NCBI GenBank assembly: GCA_050250255.1 | Contig: JBFWOZ010000012.1 | Span: 11,620-75,619 of the forward strand | Source of the DNA: Bdellovibrionales bacterium | GTDB taxonomy: Bacteria > Bdellovibrionota > Bdellovibrionia > Bdellovibrionales > DASUEL01 | Reading direction: 5' to 3' | DNA length: 64,000 bases | Shown: piece by piece, positions 8,577-17,973 of the stretch | Layout of the letters: the number at the start of each line of letters is the position of its first letter | Numbering within the stretch: the stretch's first letter is position 1 | Notes under the pieces: generated by a model | Database searches by the model: none | Told to the model about the DNA's origin: nothing | Seen by the model: only the letters and a program-made list of their open reading frames with translations | Translations under genes and position numbers: made by a program

Positions 8577-10259
8577 CTACAGTCCAATCACGCGGCTGAT
8601 GTCGTTGTAGAGAGCAATAACCATCAATCCTAAAAGCAACACGAGCCCCACTTGCTGAGCCATTTCCATTTTTTGCATACTTAACGGAGCACCTCGTAAA
8701 GCCTCAACGGTGAAGAACACGAGGTGTCCACCATCGAGTACGGGTACTGGCAATAGATTTAAAACGAAAAGGTTAATAGAGATAATCGCCATGATTTTTA
8801 AAAACGGCGAAAGACCAATCTTAAAAGTTTCTTTGGCGAGCTGACCAATCATAATCGGTCCACCGATAGATTTAACGGAGACGCGCGCTTGAAAGAGGCG
8901 CAGGAAACTCAGGCAGATCGTTTTTGTCCATACCCAACTATTTACGGCACCGATAGAAATTGCCTTAATGGGATCTTTTGTATTTTCAAGAAATGTTGAA
9001 GGTGCGGCATTGGCAATTGTTGGTTGAACTCCAATTGCGTAAGACTCTTCTTCTTTTCCGGTAGGAGCCATTTGTTTTACTTTTCTCGGGGCGATTTTAT
9101 AAGAACGCTCTGTTCCATCTCTCAAAACAACGACATTCAGAGGAGCGCTTTCACCGTCCTTGTAAGAACGAACGATACCGACCAACTGAGTCCAATTCAA
9201 AATTTTGGTATCGTTAATGGAGATAATTTTATCCCCTTCACGTAAGCCAGCCTCTGATGCTGCCGAATCGTTCACAACTTTTGAAATGAAAAGATCCGCC
9301 GGCAAGAGCCCAAGTCTCTCGAGAGCGTTTTGTCCAGAAGTGGCAGACTCAATATCTGCCAGTGCAATTTCAACAGTCTTCTTTTCTGTTTTTTCAAAAC
9401 CACGCTCAATTTCAAAGATGAAGCTTTTTTTGTTTTTCTGCTCAAGGATAATGCGCTCTAAATCAATCCAACGTTCTACGGCCGCACCGTTGACGGAAGT
9501 GATAATATCTCCGGTTATAAAGCCCGCAGCACCCGCTAAGCTCGTTGGATCTTGCAAACCGACAACACTCGCTTTTGAATAGTAAACGAGGCCTTCAATG
9601 TCTCCCACAACCTGTTCGCTACTAATCACATTTTTATTTGGAGCAGAGGCTGGAGTCGCCACAACTTTTTCAACATTTCCATTTGGATAACGAGAAATTT
9701 CAAACTCTAAGTTTTTGCCAATAGAAGATTTGATCATTTGATCTACGTCATCCCATTTGGCAACTGGCTGGCCATTGACTTTTAAAATAGAGTCACCAGA
9801 TCGGAAGCCCGCCTGGTGGGCTGCCGTGTTCTCTTCAATATCACCAAGGCGCGGGAGAAGAACCATCTCACCAACAATAGCAATGGCAATAAATAAGAAA
9901 AAAGCGAAAAATAAATTCATGAGTGGACCAGCAAGTACGATACCGATGCGTTGACCCACCGGCTTATGATTGAAAGAAAATTGTTTTTGGTTTTCTTCAA
10001 TGGGAGCTTTCGGATCATCACCGAACATTTTAACATAACCACCAAGCGGAATGATCGAAAGACAATATTCAGTGTCACCGCGACGAAATTTGAAAATCTT
10101 TTTTCCAAATCCTAGGCTGAAAACTTCGACACGAACTCCGAAATATTTTGCGACTGCAAAATGTCCGAGTTCATGCACAAAAATAAGTAGCCCGAGGAGA
10201 ATTACAAGTGGAACAACAAAAGAGACGCCTTCTTGAAGATAACCAGTTAAAATTTCCAT
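8577..10259 (-). CDS. rseP: RIP metalloprotease RseP (three PDZ-like domains)
   Basis: HELGH zinc motif, PLGGYVKM and NLLPVPVLDGGH; three A(G/H/S)xAG(F/L)xxGD PDZ repeats. Confidence 0.95.
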   Translation of the reverse strand: MEILTGYLQEGVSFVVPLVILLGLLIFVHELGHFAVAKYFGVRVEVFSLGFGKKIFKFRRGDTEYCLSIIPLGGYVKMFGDDPKAPIEENQKQFSFNHKPVGQRIGIVLAGPLMNLFFAFFLFIAIAIVGEMVLLPRLGDIEENTAAHQAGFRSGDSILKVNGQPVAKWDDVDQMIKSSIGKNLEFEISRYPNGNVEKVVATPASAPNKNVISSEQVVGDIEGLVYYSKASVVGLQDPTSLAGAAGFITGDIITSVNGAAVERWIDLERIILEQKNKKSFIFEIERGFEKTEKKTVEIALADIESATSGQNALERLGLLPADLFISKVVNDSAASEAGLREGDKIISINDTKILNWTQLVGIVRSYKDGESAPLNVVVLRDGTERSYKIAPRKVKQMAPTGKEEESYAIGVQPTIANAAPSTFLENTKDPIKAISIGAVNSWVWTKTICLSFLRLFQARVSVKSIGGPIMIGQLAKETFKIGLSPFLKIMAIISINLFVLNLLPVPVLDGGHLVFFTVEALRGAPLSMQKMEMAQQVGLVLLLGLMVIALYNDISRVIGL

Positions 10260-10327
10260 AGATTTATTCTATATGGGAGAGGTTCGCGCGGGCTAGCAAT
10301 TTGTCATTGGGAATTACAATTGAAGTA

Positions 10328-11143
10328 TTAATGCGGTGCTTTGATAAGGAGATGCGAAACGAACCAGTAAAAAAATGGAGCAGACCAATAAACACCATCA
10401 AGCCGATCCATAAGTCCGCCATGGCCGGGCATAATTTGCCCACTGTCTTTTACGTGAGAGGCACGCTTCATCAAAGACTCGACCAAGTCTCCCGTCTGGG
10501 CCAGTAGCGAAATAACCACACCAAGAATCAAAAAAGCCACAAGACTTTCAGACAAGTACCAGCCGACGGCAAGGGAGGTGAGTGTTGTTGCAACCAAAGC
10601 AGCGAGAGATCCTTCCAAAGATTTTTTGGGAGAAATCATTTCGACGAGCCGTGTTTTCCCGAACTTCATTCCAAAAAGATAAGCCGCTGTGTCGCCAATA
10701 AATACAAGTGCGAGAAAGAAAACAAACCAAAAAATATCGTCTCCCCAATAAAGAATTTGCATTGCAAAAATGGGGAGCCACACGCAGTAGACAATTCCAA
10801 ACCCCTTTGCGAGAAACTGAAAATACAGCTGTTCGACGGTTACTCTTTGGGTACGAGCTCGATAGAACAGAAAAAGAGTTAACGTAAAAATCGCAAAAAG
10901 AACCGTCAAGGGATTGAGCCAAAATTCAAAATGCATAAAGTAAAGAGCGATGGTTGAAACCGCAAAGAAAGCGACACGATCCACAAAATCTGGAAAATGA
11001 AGCCGACCGTATTCAAAAATTACGCGTAGGACGGCAAGGGCACTGAGCAGAGCAAGACCATTTCGTTCACCTACGTAGTAGACAAGCAAGATAAGTGCGA
11101 TCGCCACGGTGGCCGAGGCAATACGAAGGGGAAGACCTGTCAT
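10328..11143 (-). CDS. cdsA: Phosphatidate cytidylyltransferase
   Basis: DTAAY, ISPKKSLEG and GDLVESLMKR…KDSG…PGHGG…DRLD motifs. Confidence 0.95.
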   Translation of the reverse strand: MTGLPLRIASATVAIALILLVYYVGERNGLALLSALAVLRVIFEYGRLHFPDFVDRVAFFAVSTIALYFMHFEFWLNPLTVLFAIFTLTLFLFYRARTQRVTVEQLYFQFLAKGFGIVYCVWLPIFAMQILYWGDDIFWFVFFLALVFIGDTAAYLFGMKFGKTRLVEMISPKKSLEGSLAALVATTLTSLAVGWYLSESLVAFLILGVVISLLAQTGDLVESLMKRASHVKDSGQIMPGHGGLMDRLDGVYWSAPFFYWFVSHLLIKAPH

Positions 11144-11868
11144 GTCGTCACTTCCAGCTGAACCTGATGCGAAGTTTTTCCATATCTGCGTTCGCGCTTT
11201 TCGTAGGCGCCGAGAGCTTTCTCTAACTCTGTAGAGTCAAATTCGGGCCAATTTTTTTCGGTAATATAAAACTCGCTGTAGGCGGACTGCCAAAGTAAAA
11301 AGTTAGAAATACGAAACTCTCCGCTCGTGCGGATCACCAAATCCGGGTCCGGAAGATAAGAAGAGTTTAAGTGAAAGGCAATCAGGGACTCACTCACGTC
11401 ATCAGAAGAAATTTTTCCGGATCTCACGTTGAGGACAATTTCTTTTACAGCTTCGGTGATCTCTTTTCGACTTCCGTAGTTCACTGCGAAAGTAAGTACC
11501 ATGCCGGTATTTTCTCGGGTGACTTCAATAGACCTTAAGGTTTCACGACGAACACCCTCAGGAAGCTCCTCAACATTACCAATGACTCGAAATTGGATAT
11601 TGTTTTTAATCAGGGTTTCGCGTTCTTTACGGATATTTCGCTCGAGGAGCTTCATTAAAAAGAAAACTTCCTCTTGAGGTCTGAGCCAGTTTTCGGTGCT
11701 AAAAGCATAAAGAGTGAGATACTTAAGTCCACGCTCAGCACAAGCCGTGATGGTAGATCGGGCAACCCGAGCTCCTTTAAGATGTCCATAGTTGCGTGGG
11801 CGATTTTGCTTTTTGGCCCAGCGACCGTTTCCATCCATAATGATGGCAATGTGAGTTGGCATGGACAT
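11140..11868 (-). CDS. uppS: Undecaprenyl diphosphate synthase
   Basis: HIAIIMDGNGRWA, AFSTENW and IRTSGEFRISNFLLWQ motifs. Confidence 0.97.
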   Translation of the reverse strand: MSMPTHIAIIMDGNGRWAKKQNRPRNYGHLKGARVARSTITACAERGLKYLTLYAFSTENWLRPQEEVFFLMKLLERNIRKERETLIKNNIQFRVIGNVEELPEGVRRETLRSIEVTRENTGMVLTFAVNYGSRKEITEAVKEIVLNVRSGKISSDDVSESLIAFHLNSSYLPDPDLVIRTSGEFRISNFLLWQSAYSEFYITEKNWPEFDSTELEKALGAYEKRERRYGKTSHQVQLEVTT

Positions 11869-11881
11869 GCTTCAAGATCCC

Positions 11882-12439
11882 CTAAACGGTCATGATTTCT
11901 TTTTCTTTATCCGCCGAAATCTTATCGATTTTTTTGATGTAATCGTCGGTCATTTTCTGAACGTCTTCAGCGAAACGCTTTTCTTGATCTTCAGAAACTT
12001 TTTTCTCTTTTAAAAGCTTTTTGCCTTCTTCGTTGGCATCACGTCGAGCCATACGAACAGCGACGCGAGCGTCTTCCACTGTTTTTTTCATATTTTTAAC
12101 AAGGTCTTTACGGCGCTCTTCAGTGAGATCGGGAAGTTTTAAGCGAATGACTTTGCCATCGTTGATAGGACTCATGCCGAGATCGCTTTTCACGATAGAT
12201 TGTTCAATTTCTTTCAACATTGGGGCTTCCCATGGAGAAATTAAAAATGAGCGAGCGTCGGGACATGAAAGAGCGGCCACCTGATTCAGTGGAGTCATAT
12301 TACCGTAGTAGTTCACACGAATCGGGTCGAGCATAGCGACTTGCGCACGCCCAGTGCGAACTTTTGAAAGTTGTTGGTTTAAAGATTCAATGGATTTATC
12401 CATTGCCTGTTTTTTTGCGTTCTTCACTTGGTCTAACAT
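11882..12439 (-). CDS. frr: Ribosome recycling factor
   Basis: RTGRA, LTEERRKDL and KEKEIM motifs; synteny. Confidence 0.97.
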   Translation of the reverse strand: MLDQVKNAKKQAMDKSIESLNQQLSKVRTGRAQVAMLDPIRVNYYGNMTPLNQVAALSCPDARSFLISPWEAPMLKEIEQSIVKSDLGMSPINDGKVIRLKLPDLTEERRKDLVKNMKKTVEDARVAVRMARRDANEEGKKLLKEKKVSEDQEKRFAEDVQKMTDDYIKKIDKISADKEKEIMTV

Positions 12440-12441
12440 AG

Positions 12442-13179
<738 letters not shown>

Positions 13180-13836
13180 TTAGTTTTTAACACCTGCTTG
13201 AGCAGCTACTTCTGATGCGAAATCATCTTTTTTCTTTTCGATGCCTTCGCCAAGTTCAAAGCGTACAAAACGACGAATCACGATGTTTTCACCGATCTTC
13301 GCAATTGTCTCATTCAAAAGATCCTTAATAGAGAGATCAGGATTTTTCACAAACGCTTGGCTCATGAGACACTTATCAGAAGACCATTTTTTAATTTGGC
13401 CTTCAACGATACGTTCAATCATCTCTGCTTTTTTGCCAGCTTCCTGAGCTTGTCCAATAAAAATACGACGTTCTTGTTCGACAGCTTCTTGAGGAAGATC
13501 TTCTTGCGAAACGCAAAGTGGATTTGTCGCAGCAATGTGCATGGCGATGTCTTTTGCAAAAGCTTGGAACTGCTCCGTTTTAGCAACGAAGTCAGTTTCC
13601 GAGTTGATTTCTAAAAGAACGCCAATGCGGCCTTCACCGTGAATATAAGAAGTGACAAGGCCTTCCGCAGCTACGCGACCTGCTTTTTTAGCGGCCGCGC
13701 TCAAACCTTTTTTGCGAAGCCATTCTACAGCTTCGTCAAATTTGCCCGCAGTTTCCTGGAGGGCTTTTTTGCAATCCATCATTCCTGCGCCAGTACGCTC
13801 GCGCAGTTCTTTTACTTCAGCTGCACCAAATGACAT
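13180..13836 (-). CDS. tsf: Elongation factor Ts (short form, 218 aa)
   Basis: VKELRERTGAGMMDCKKAL, ETDFVA and RRFVRFELGEG motifs. Confidence 0.97.
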   Translation of the reverse strand: MSFGAAEVKELRERTGAGMMDCKKALQETAGKFDEAVEWLRKKGLSAAAKKAGRVAAEGLVTSYIHGEGRIGVLLEINSETDFVAKTEQFQAFAKDIAMHIAATNPLCVSQEDLPQEAVEQERRIFIGQAQEAGKKAEMIERIVEGQIKKWSSDKCLMSQAFVKNPDLSIKDLLNETIAKIGENIVIRRFVRFELGEGIEKKKDDFASEVAAQAGVKN

Positions 13837-13838
13837 GA

Positions 13839-14780
13839 TTATTCCTCCTCAGTAGCAGGAGTTTCGTCTTCTGGCTTATCAAGTTCGGCAGCGATTTCCA
13901 CTTCTTCTGCCAATCCAGCTGCCACAAGCTTACGAGCTTTCTTAATAACAGTTGGTCCGCCTTCAGCGCGCTGAGGACGTTCTTTCTTTGCGAACTTCTG
14001 TTCTTTTTCAACATCAGATTGTTTGTCTGTGCTTGAACGAAGAGTGAGTTCGTATTCTTTTGCACCTTCAAGGTAGGCCTCAGCAATTAAATTTGCGAAA
14101 AGCTTAATCGAGCGAATCGCATCGTCATTTCCTGGAATTGGGAAATCAATCGCCGAAGGATCTGTGTTTGTATCAGCGATACCAACAACAGGAATTCCAA
14201 GACGTTTGGCTTCTGCAATAGCGATGTGTTCTTTTTTAAGATCCACGACAAACATAGCCGCAGGAGGATCGCGCATTTCGCGGATACCTTCTAGGTACTC
14301 ATTCAATCGGACGTACTCTTTTTCAAGAATCGCGCGCTCACGTTTGTTGAAGTAATTCATTTCGCCCTTTTCTTTCATGATGTCTAATTTCTTAAGGCGA
14401 TCGATGCTCATTTTGATCGTAGAAAAATTTGTGAGTGTTCCGCCGAGCCAACGTTTTGTTACGAAGAACTGGCCAGATTTTTTTGCGGCTTCAAGAACAG
14501 GCTCAACCGCTTGTTTCTTTGTTCCAACAAAAATAAATCGTCCACCTTGAGCGGCGATATTTTTTGTAAACTCAATCGCTCTTTGTGCACCAAAAAGTGA
14601 TTTTTGAAGATCGATAATATGAATACCACTACGAACTCCAAACACATAGTTTTTCATTCGTGGGTTCCAACGTTGAACCTGATGTCCGAAGTGAACTCCG
14701 GCGTCCAACATTTCTTTCATTGTGATCTGGACATTGGATTTCGACGAAGCGTAATCCTGCGTTTCGGTACCTTGTACCAT
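13839..14780 (-). CDS. rpsB: 30S ribosomal protein S2
   Basis: AGVHFGHQ…WNP, RWLGGTLTNF and PGNDDAIRS motifs; AAGGAGG SD. Confidence 0.98.
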   Translation of the reverse strand: MVQGTETQDYASSKSNVQITMKEMLDAGVHFGHQVQRWNPRMKNYVFGVRSGIHIIDLQKSLFGAQRAIEFTKNIAAQGGRFIFVGTKKQAVEPVLEAAKKSGQFFVTKRWLGGTLTNFSTIKMSIDRLKKLDIMKEKGEMNYFNKRERAILEKEYVRLNEYLEGIREMRDPPAAMFVVDLKKEHIAIAEAKRLGIPVVGIADTNTDPSAIDFPIPGNDDAIRSIKLFANLIAEAYLEGAKEYELTLRSSTDKQSDVEKEQKFAKKERPQRAEGGPTVIKKARKLVAAGLAEEVEIAAELDKPEDETPATEEE

Positions 14781-14789
14781 AGGGCCTCC

Positions 14790-14905
14790 TTATTCTGGTT
14801 TTTCCTCCCCCTCGACGATGCGGCTGTCTCACGCTTGCGTTAGGCTTAACCTTACGCTTTGCGCAATACAATCACCAGCGGAGTATCAAGGGGTGTGTAT
14901 TTGGG
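14790..14905 (-). ncRNA. rpsB (S2) autoregulatory leader RNA, t44-like
   Basis: On the minus strand: ATACACAC-CCCCTTGAT … GTCGAGGGG-GAGG. CCCCUUGAU (14885-14893) pairs with GUCGAGGGG (14808-14816), with the ACACAC/GGAGG flanks typical of S2 leaders. Confidence 0.75.
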
Positions 14906-14999
14906 CTTTATGCCCATGTTTGACTGGCAGAGGTAACATGTAGGCCCTCGATCTTCAAGGGTAATTCCCTTGGGAACGCGCTTTTTACCCCTCTCTTGT

Positions 15000-15026
15000 T
15001 AAGTTTCTAGACTGGACCACCGAAAG
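15000..15026 (+). promoter_or_regulatory. Putative sigma28 (FliA)-type promoter
   Basis: TAAG-N15-ACCGAAAG, compared with the consensus TAAA-N15-GCCGATAA; 33 nt upstream of the 15060 ORF. Confidence 0.45.
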
Positions 15027-15059
15027 GCTAGGTAGGAACTCAAAAGGCAGGCATCTTGT

Positions 15060-15893
15060 ATGGCAAAAATAGCGTTCTTTTTGGTCGCCCTTTTTCTCGT
15101 ATTCCCATCCCATGGCCAAATTTTTAATCCCCGCGATACCGCTTTAAGGAAGTCCTTCGAAGAGCCGCTCTCAAAAGCCAAAAAGAAAGAAGATCGCCGC
15201 AAAGAGGTGGAACGTCTTGTGGATTCGTGGACCGATATACGATTTATGGCGTTTTTTATCGTTGGGGCGCCTCATCTCTATTTAAACCCAGAGAATGTGC
15301 ACACAAGCTCTAAGGACTTTCTCGAGTTTCTCCACGATCGCTATAACAAAAACTCCAAGCAAATCTTTGTTCGCAAGCTTCAAAATAATATTTTAAAAGG
15401 CCAGACGGAGGAGCTCGTTTGCCATCTCATCGTGACCGCGAAGAAAAAGTTTCCCGAAATGAAGGTGATGTTGGTTGGCCATAGTTACGGTGGCTCTGGG
15501 GCGGTTCGTATCGCCAATTGTTTAGATCAAAATCGTACCTACCTTGAGGAATTAGTGACGGTGGATACCGTAAAGCGACCTGTGGATATAGGCGTGGATG
15601 TGTGGGATATTCCATGGGCTGTGATTGAAAATTTTCATTTCCACCAGAAACACGGAATTTTTCGAGGACCAAAAGCGAATCATCGTCCTGACGGCTCAAC
15701 AGAAGGTATTGAAAGTTATCGACAATTTATTATGAAGGGTGTTTTCAACCCTCACATGTATACGTTCACGAATCTCGTTCGTTATCAAATTCTCCAAACA
15801 CTCGCGCTTCGTGTTTTTGAACCGAGTGCCGAGCATGATTTTGCTTTTCGAACGACACTTTGGTCTTATCTCGAAAAACATCCGTTAGAATAA
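15060..15893 (+). CDS. Secreted alpha/beta-hydrolase-fold protein
   Basis: Signal peptide; nucleophile elbow GHSYGG; LVTVD strand. Confidence 0.7.
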   Translation: MAKIAFFLVALFLVFPSHGQIFNPRDTALRKSFEEPLSKAKKKEDRRKEVERLVDSWTDIRFMAFFIVGAPHLYLNPENVHTSSKDFLEFLHDRYNKNSKQIFVRKLQNNILKGQTEELVCHLIVTAKKKFPEMKVMLVGHSYGGSGAVRIANCLDQNRTYLEELVTVDTVKRPVDIGVDVWDIPWAVIENFHFHQKHGIFRGPKANHRPDGSTEGIESYRQFIMKGVFNPHMYTFTNLVRYQILQTLALRVFEPSAEHDFAFRTTLWSYLEKHPLE

Positions 15894-17012
15894 TTAAATG
15901 GATAAATCCGCTTGATGGGGGGAGCTTCGTTTCAGCTCTCTCAATGTGGCGAGAGTGACTGTGTGGGCACGAGTGACGGCACCGATCATGTTTGGTACTG
16001 GCTCGAGCATCGAAGAAGCGAGATGGAAATTTTTAACTCCGGTCATTGCCGAATCTGATTCATTTTTCCCACCCAAGGTTCCATGACTTTTTGGAGTGAC
16101 GAGAACTTTTTCCTGTTTGGAATCCAAAGCCGTAGGATAAGATTTCAGAATTAATTTTTTCATTTCACGAAGAGCAGATGCGGTTTCTTCTTCGTCGGCT
16201 TCAAAGCCTGGCGCAAAGGTCAGCCAGTGGGAGTGCTGTGTTCCATCTGCTAATTCATGGAAATGTCCCAGCACCACTCGCGGTTCTTCGCCAGGACCTA
16301 CCAGAACATTTAGTCCTGGTTGAGCCGCGATGGGAGTTGTGTGTCTGAGCTCTAAATTGATCGAAGTCCAAAATTTTGTTTTGGTCAAACGCTGACGAGT
16401 TTTTCCGGGCAAGATGTTAGCGGGAAGTAAAGTTTCGAGAGCCATTGGGTGGCCGGCAAAAATCACACGCTGAACGCGAATTTTTTTGTCACCATTCACG
16501 ATGAGACTTTTGATTTCGTCGTTTTCGACTTCTAGTTTCGTCACGCTTGAGCGAAGGAGCAGTTTTCCCTGCAGACCTTCGAGCAATGAGGCTGGCCATG
16601 TGTGCACAGGCTGGCTGGGACTTAGAAGCTTTGTCTGCAAATAGTAATCGAGCACTTCGCGGTCAGGAGGAGTTTTCTCTCCAAACCCCACGAAAGGTTG
16701 AAAGCTAAAAGAGTCGCCGGACTTACTCCAAGTCATCAGAGAATTTTCTTTTTCTTCAAACTGAATTCCGAGAAGTTGATTCATAATTTGAGTGAAGTCT
16801 TGGGTCTCTTGCTGAGCAATGGCGGGGATTTGTTTTAAGCCGTAGTCACAAAATCCAGCACCTTTTGCGAGTCCGCGTACGGAGCCACCGAAATCGGAAT
16901 GAGCTTCAATCACAACGAAATTCATCATTCCGTTTTTGGCGAGGGTTTGAGCGGCCACACATCCCGCAAGGCCAGAACCAATAATTGCAATATCGTATTC
17001 AAACTCTTTCAT
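15894..17012 (-). CDS. FAD/NAD(P)-binding oxidoreductase-like protein
   Basis: N-terminal Rossmann motif YDIAIIGSGLAG…VIEAHSDFGG. Confidence 0.75.
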   Translation of the reverse strand: MKEFEYDIAIIGSGLAGCVAAQTLAKNGMMNFVVIEAHSDFGGSVRGLAKGAGFCDYGLKQIPAIAQQETQDFTQIMNQLLGIQFEEKENSLMTWSKSGDSFSFQPFVGFGEKTPPDREVLDYYLQTKLLSPSQPVHTWPASLLEGLQGKLLLRSSVTKLEVENDEIKSLIVNGDKKIRVQRVIFAGHPMALETLLPANILPGKTRQRLTKTKFWTSINLELRHTTPIAAQPGLNVLVGPGEEPRVVLGHFHELADGTQHSHWLTFAPGFEADEEETASALREMKKLILKSYPTALDSKQEKVLVTPKSHGTLGGKNESDSAMTGVKNFHLASSMLEPVPNMIGAVTRAHTVTLATLRELKRSSPHQADLSI

Positions 17013-17063
17013 TAAGGGTGCGTCCTTTTGTAAATCAATTGCGCACCCTCAAGAGTCGCGAAC

Positions 17064-17906
17064 TCAGAGGATCTTTTCAAGACAAAATGTGATGACCCTA
17101 AGCATTGTTCGTGCAGGCCGCTTTGAGTTTGGGTTTCGCTGCATCCAAGCTGCGATAGAAGGGGAAATGTCGTAGTATTTTTCGATGAAAGTTTGGCCAA
17201 TTTTATTTTTTGAAAGCCAATCGTCACGAAAACGGCGTAAAAGCTGAACTTCTACAGCCTCGGGACTTTCGAAGGCGGCGGTGGCGATAAAACAGCCTTT
17301 TCTTTGAATCCCAAACTGCTTTTGAAGATTTCTGAAAATTTCCGGATTTCTTGCTTGTTTTGTGTAAGCAATCGCGTTCTTGGAAAGTTGTACGAGAATG
17401 GAGCTGTGAGGTGCGAAAAGAAGAAGTTTCTCAATAGATTTTTGCAGACGGTCTGCATAGTTCCCACCCGAATCATAGATGCGTACGAGGTCCCAGTACA
17501 CGGTAGTAATTACGGTGAGTTCTTTTTGACGGGCTTTGTTTTTAAAAACATCCGGTGTTAATTTCCCTGCCGGAATTTCATAAATTACTTCGAGAAGTTT
17601 GAGATATTTTTCATAGAGAACAGCTGCCTCGGTGTATGACTTATTAGTCATATGCTGTCTGGCTTGTTTAAGAAGGACCACGCGGTTTCGCCACATATTC
17701 ATGCGGTGTTGAGCGCGAGCTTGTTCTTTCGCTCGTAACTGTGCGCCTTGAGAAATGATGCCAGAATAGCTTGAATAGCAATTATTGCAGACGGTGTCGT
17801 GAACGGAGGTTTCTCCTGCTTCACGGAGGCGTTGCTTAAAGCCGCCATCTAAATTCAAGAGAGAATCAAAGTCCCCGCCACAGCTGGGACATTTCTGTTT
17901 GGACAT
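17064..17906 (-). CDS. Zn-ribbon + helical repeat + CFI-box-CTERM domain protein
   Basis: CPSC…CNNC; C-terminal GCFIATAAFES…LRRFRD…YY.ISP. Confidence 0.8.
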   Translation of the reverse strand: MSKQKCPSCGGDFDSLLNLDGGFKQRLREAGETSVHDTVCNNCYSSYSGIISQGAQLRAKEQARAQHRMNMWRNRVVLLKQARQHMTNKSYTEAAVLYEKYLKLLEVIYEIPAGKLTPDVFKNKARQKELTVITTVYWDLVRIYDSGGNYADRLQKSIEKLLLFAPHSSILVQLSKNAIAYTKQARNPEIFRNLQKQFGIQRKGCFIATAAFESPEAVEVQLLRRFRDDWLSKNKIGQTFIEKYYDISPSIAAWMQRNPNSKRPARTMLRVITFCLEKIL

Positions 17907-17973
17907 AGCTTACATTTTAATGTGAGTAGAATGGAATGGGTACACTTATATCTTTGCCCGACTAGACCAAAGC

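Noticed and set aside
14905..15059. Possible tRNA or sRNA upstream of rpsB
   Set aside because: No cloverleaf or T-loop motif; the region is explained by divergent promoters.
17909..17928. Imperfect palindrome CTTACATT-TT-AATGTGAG upstream of the CFI-box gene as an operator
   Set aside because: Single AT-rich occurrence overlapping the -10 box; could be chance.
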